64,000 nucleotides of DNA from the IMG/VR virus record IMGVR_UViG_2645727901_000008; one strand, 5' to 3'. This DNA comes from a virus (lineage: Duplodnaviria; Heunggongvirae; Uroviricota; Caudoviricetes). This document shows positions 62,280 to 64,000 of this stretch, one piece after another. Within the stretch, counting starts at the first letter, position 1. Every line of letters begins with the position of its first letter. The position numbers and the translations under genes are program-made. The notes beneath the pieces were generated by a model, which saw only the letters and a program-made list of their open reading frames with translations, did no database searches and was not told the origin of the DNA.

Positions 62280-63337
62280 TTTTCAAGAATCATTACGTTT
62301 CGAATCGATTTTTCAACCAAATCATTTATAGTTTTTTCTATGGCTTCTTGTGACAACCCAGACCATATACCCGTAGGTTTTTCCCATTCAGAGCATAAGT
62401 ACTGCCAGCTGCTGTTAATAAAAGCATGCATTTCATTGTGGTCGCGAATAACAAAAGGACGCACATTATCAAAAGCTGATTTCACATCAAGCAAAGGTGT
62501 CGGCAATGTCAAACAAGGAGAAATAATCTGCCCACCATTATGTAAGGCTGATATCACAGCATTGAACATGCCAACAACTGGATTTTCCACTTTGTTCAAA
62601 AAGTCGCTTACAATTTTAACTCTATCTTCTGTGGATGGGTGAGTATAGCTTGCAGGATGAGAGCCAGCTAATTTGTATAAGAAATCTACCCCACTTTTTC
62701 CAATAAATTGGGCACTAAATAGATCTGCAAAATATTCTCTGCAATGATTTATCCAAATAACATCAGGTAGATTACTCCATTCTGGTCCAGGAAGTGTGCC
62801 TTTGTCCTTGGAACGATAGTTAAGACAGGCAAGCTCAGAAATACCTTTGCTAATATCAACGAAATGTCCCAATTCGTGATATAAAGGTATAGAGCATAAT
62901 GGTCGTCTTCTGTACATTTCAGGTAATGAAATCTGAATTAATTCGACATCGAATTTGACATTTAAAACTTCGTCAAATAAAGAATACAAATTCTTGTTTA
63001 CAGACTTAAAATAAAACCCATGCATATCTGGAGATAGGGCTGTGGTTATAAGTGTTTTTTCACTTATCCATTTTTTACAGGCATCATTTAAGCAATAGAC
63101 AATCTCGTAGGGAATTTTCTTTGTAGTACTGCCAGTGAAAAAATTAACTGCATCGGTGATAAAAAAAGTACAATCCGCAATTATTTTATCAGCAACATTC
63201 ACATGGTTTTCATAGAGCTTATCCACCGCTTCTTGTAGAACAGCAAGATATTCATGCATGTCTTTAGAAAAATAGGGAGATTCTGATATCTCCCTTAGCT
63301 TATTTCGAACTAATGTAAGTTGTGTAAATGCAAGCAT
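62264..63337 (-). CDS. HExxH zinc-metallopeptidase-like protein (ImmA/IrrE-like core)
   Basis: 357 aa with LYHELGHFVD and a downstream HCREYFADLF element resembling the ImmA/IrrE E..A..FA motif; start and stop overlap the neighbouring genes. Confidence 0.6.
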   Translation of the reverse strand: MLAFTQLTLVRNKLREISESPYFSKDMHEYLAVLQEAVDKLYENHVNVADKIIADCTFFITDAVNFFTGSTTKKIPYEIVYCLNDACKKWISEKTLITTALSPDMHGFYFKSVNKNLYSLFDEVLNVKFDVELIQISLPEMYRRRPLCSIPLYHELGHFVDISKGISELACLNYRSKDKGTLPGPEWSNLPDVIWINHCREYFADLFSAQFIGKSGVDFLYKLAGSHPASYTHPSTEDRVKIVSDFLNKVENPVVGMFNAVISALHNGGQIISPCLTLPTPLLDVKSAFDNVRPFVIRDHNEMHAFINSSWQYLCSEWEKPTGIWSGLSQEAIEKTINDLVEKSIRNVMILEKWSAQ

Positions 63338-63642
63338 TAAATGTACTCTAATACATTCCGGGCCATTACGGGTTCTAACATATCTTCGCTAGTTACTTTG
63401 GTTAGCACCTGGGCGAGCGCCTTAGTGTGGCGTATCTCTACCGCGAGCGAGATGGACTCTCTGTGAGAAGGAATCTGTAATTGATCACCTTTATCTACAC
63501 TTAAGTTTGAGGCTTCTCTGATCACCTCATAAACCCGTAACTTTAACTGCTGTGACACTTCTTGTTGAGATGCTATAAGCTGAAGTACAGTCTTGATCAA
63601 CTTCAAAGAATCAGAAGCTTGCTGAGGAACCGCATAGAGCAT
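63337..63642 (-). CDS. small protein, first gene of the peptidase-Dcd operon
   Basis: 101 aa with strong SD aaggagg; its stop overlaps the peptidase ATG by 1 nt; no motif recognised. Confidence 0.5.
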   Translation of the reverse strand: MLYAVPQQASDSLKLIKTVLQLIASQQEVSQQLKLRVYEVIREASNLSVDKGDQLQIPSHRESISLAVEIRHTKALAQVLTKVTSEDMLEPVMARNVLEYI

Positions 63643-63779
63643 AACCCCTCCTTTCCCTTATCTATAACCGCTTTCTTTTTTCTGTGTATGTTAAAAGTAG
63701 AAGCGGTTTTTACCTTTTGTAATATATATAGTGTCTAAAACTAACTTTGGCACTATATATGGCATGATATCTATGTTTT

Positions 63780-63821
63780 AAAGACACAAAAGCTCTGTTA
63801 AAACAGAGCTTTTGTGTCTTT
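63780..63821. repeat. 42-bp perfect palindrome upstream of the peptidase-Dcd operon
   Basis: aaagacacaaaagctctgtt-aa-aacagagcttttgtgtcttt with 20-bp arms, flanked by T/A runs; terminator or operator. Confidence 0.6.
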
Positions 63822-64000
63822 AACTTGATCATTTTCTCGCTGAAGTGTATGTCAGGCTTAGCTCATAATCAAGTTGCTTCCAAGCTAAAAATGAGCTAGC
63901 TCCCTGAAACACTAAGAGCGGGGTGTTTCATTTATTAGCGTTGGGCCTGACGGTGTGTAGGTGAATTTTAGCTCATTACTCGATAACGACGGGGAATGGA

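Noticed and set aside
1-64000. tRNA, rRNA, transposase or integrase genes
   Set aside because: No tRNA-like T-loop/acceptor arrangement seen (the single GTTTCGAATCG at about 62293 lies inside the peptidase gene with no cloverleaf context); no transposase or tyrosine-integrase motifs in any ORF other than the Cin serine invertase.

Overview
The window reads as about 64 kb of a P1-like myovirus phage-plasmid, with most genes on the minus strand. Phage backbone: a 2279-aa DarB-type methyltransferase/helicase antirestriction protein, a Cin/Gin/Pin-family invertase with a 3.4-kb invertible tail-fibre segment, RdgC (P1 HrdC-like), Dam, capsid, sheath, baseplate and lysis genes. Plasmid functions: an iteron RepA replicon with a DnaA box, a ParM/ParR locus, a small ParA/ParG-like locus and a HigB/HigA module. 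Two dispersed motif families are visible: a C1-operator-like motif (ATTTTCTAACACAAA) at 9 intergenic sites, and a late-promoter-like motif (sense AAATCACAAACTG) about 30-70 bp upstream of 9 structural/lysis operons, plus a 10th copy with a long leader. The strongest candidate for a new system is an AT-rich, translationally coupled three-gene operon (61650-63642) encoding a small protein, an ImmA/IrrE-like HExxH peptidase and a Dcd-family dCTP deaminase. Other cargo-like loci are a membrane-anchored HEPN-like protein with a secreted partner, an AT-rich membrane protein next to higBA, and an unannotated 44-aa hydrophobic ORF. No rRNA, tRNA, CRISPR array, transposase or integrase was recognised. 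Everything is from reading the sequence and ORF translations; reference sequences are recalled from memory and no search was run.
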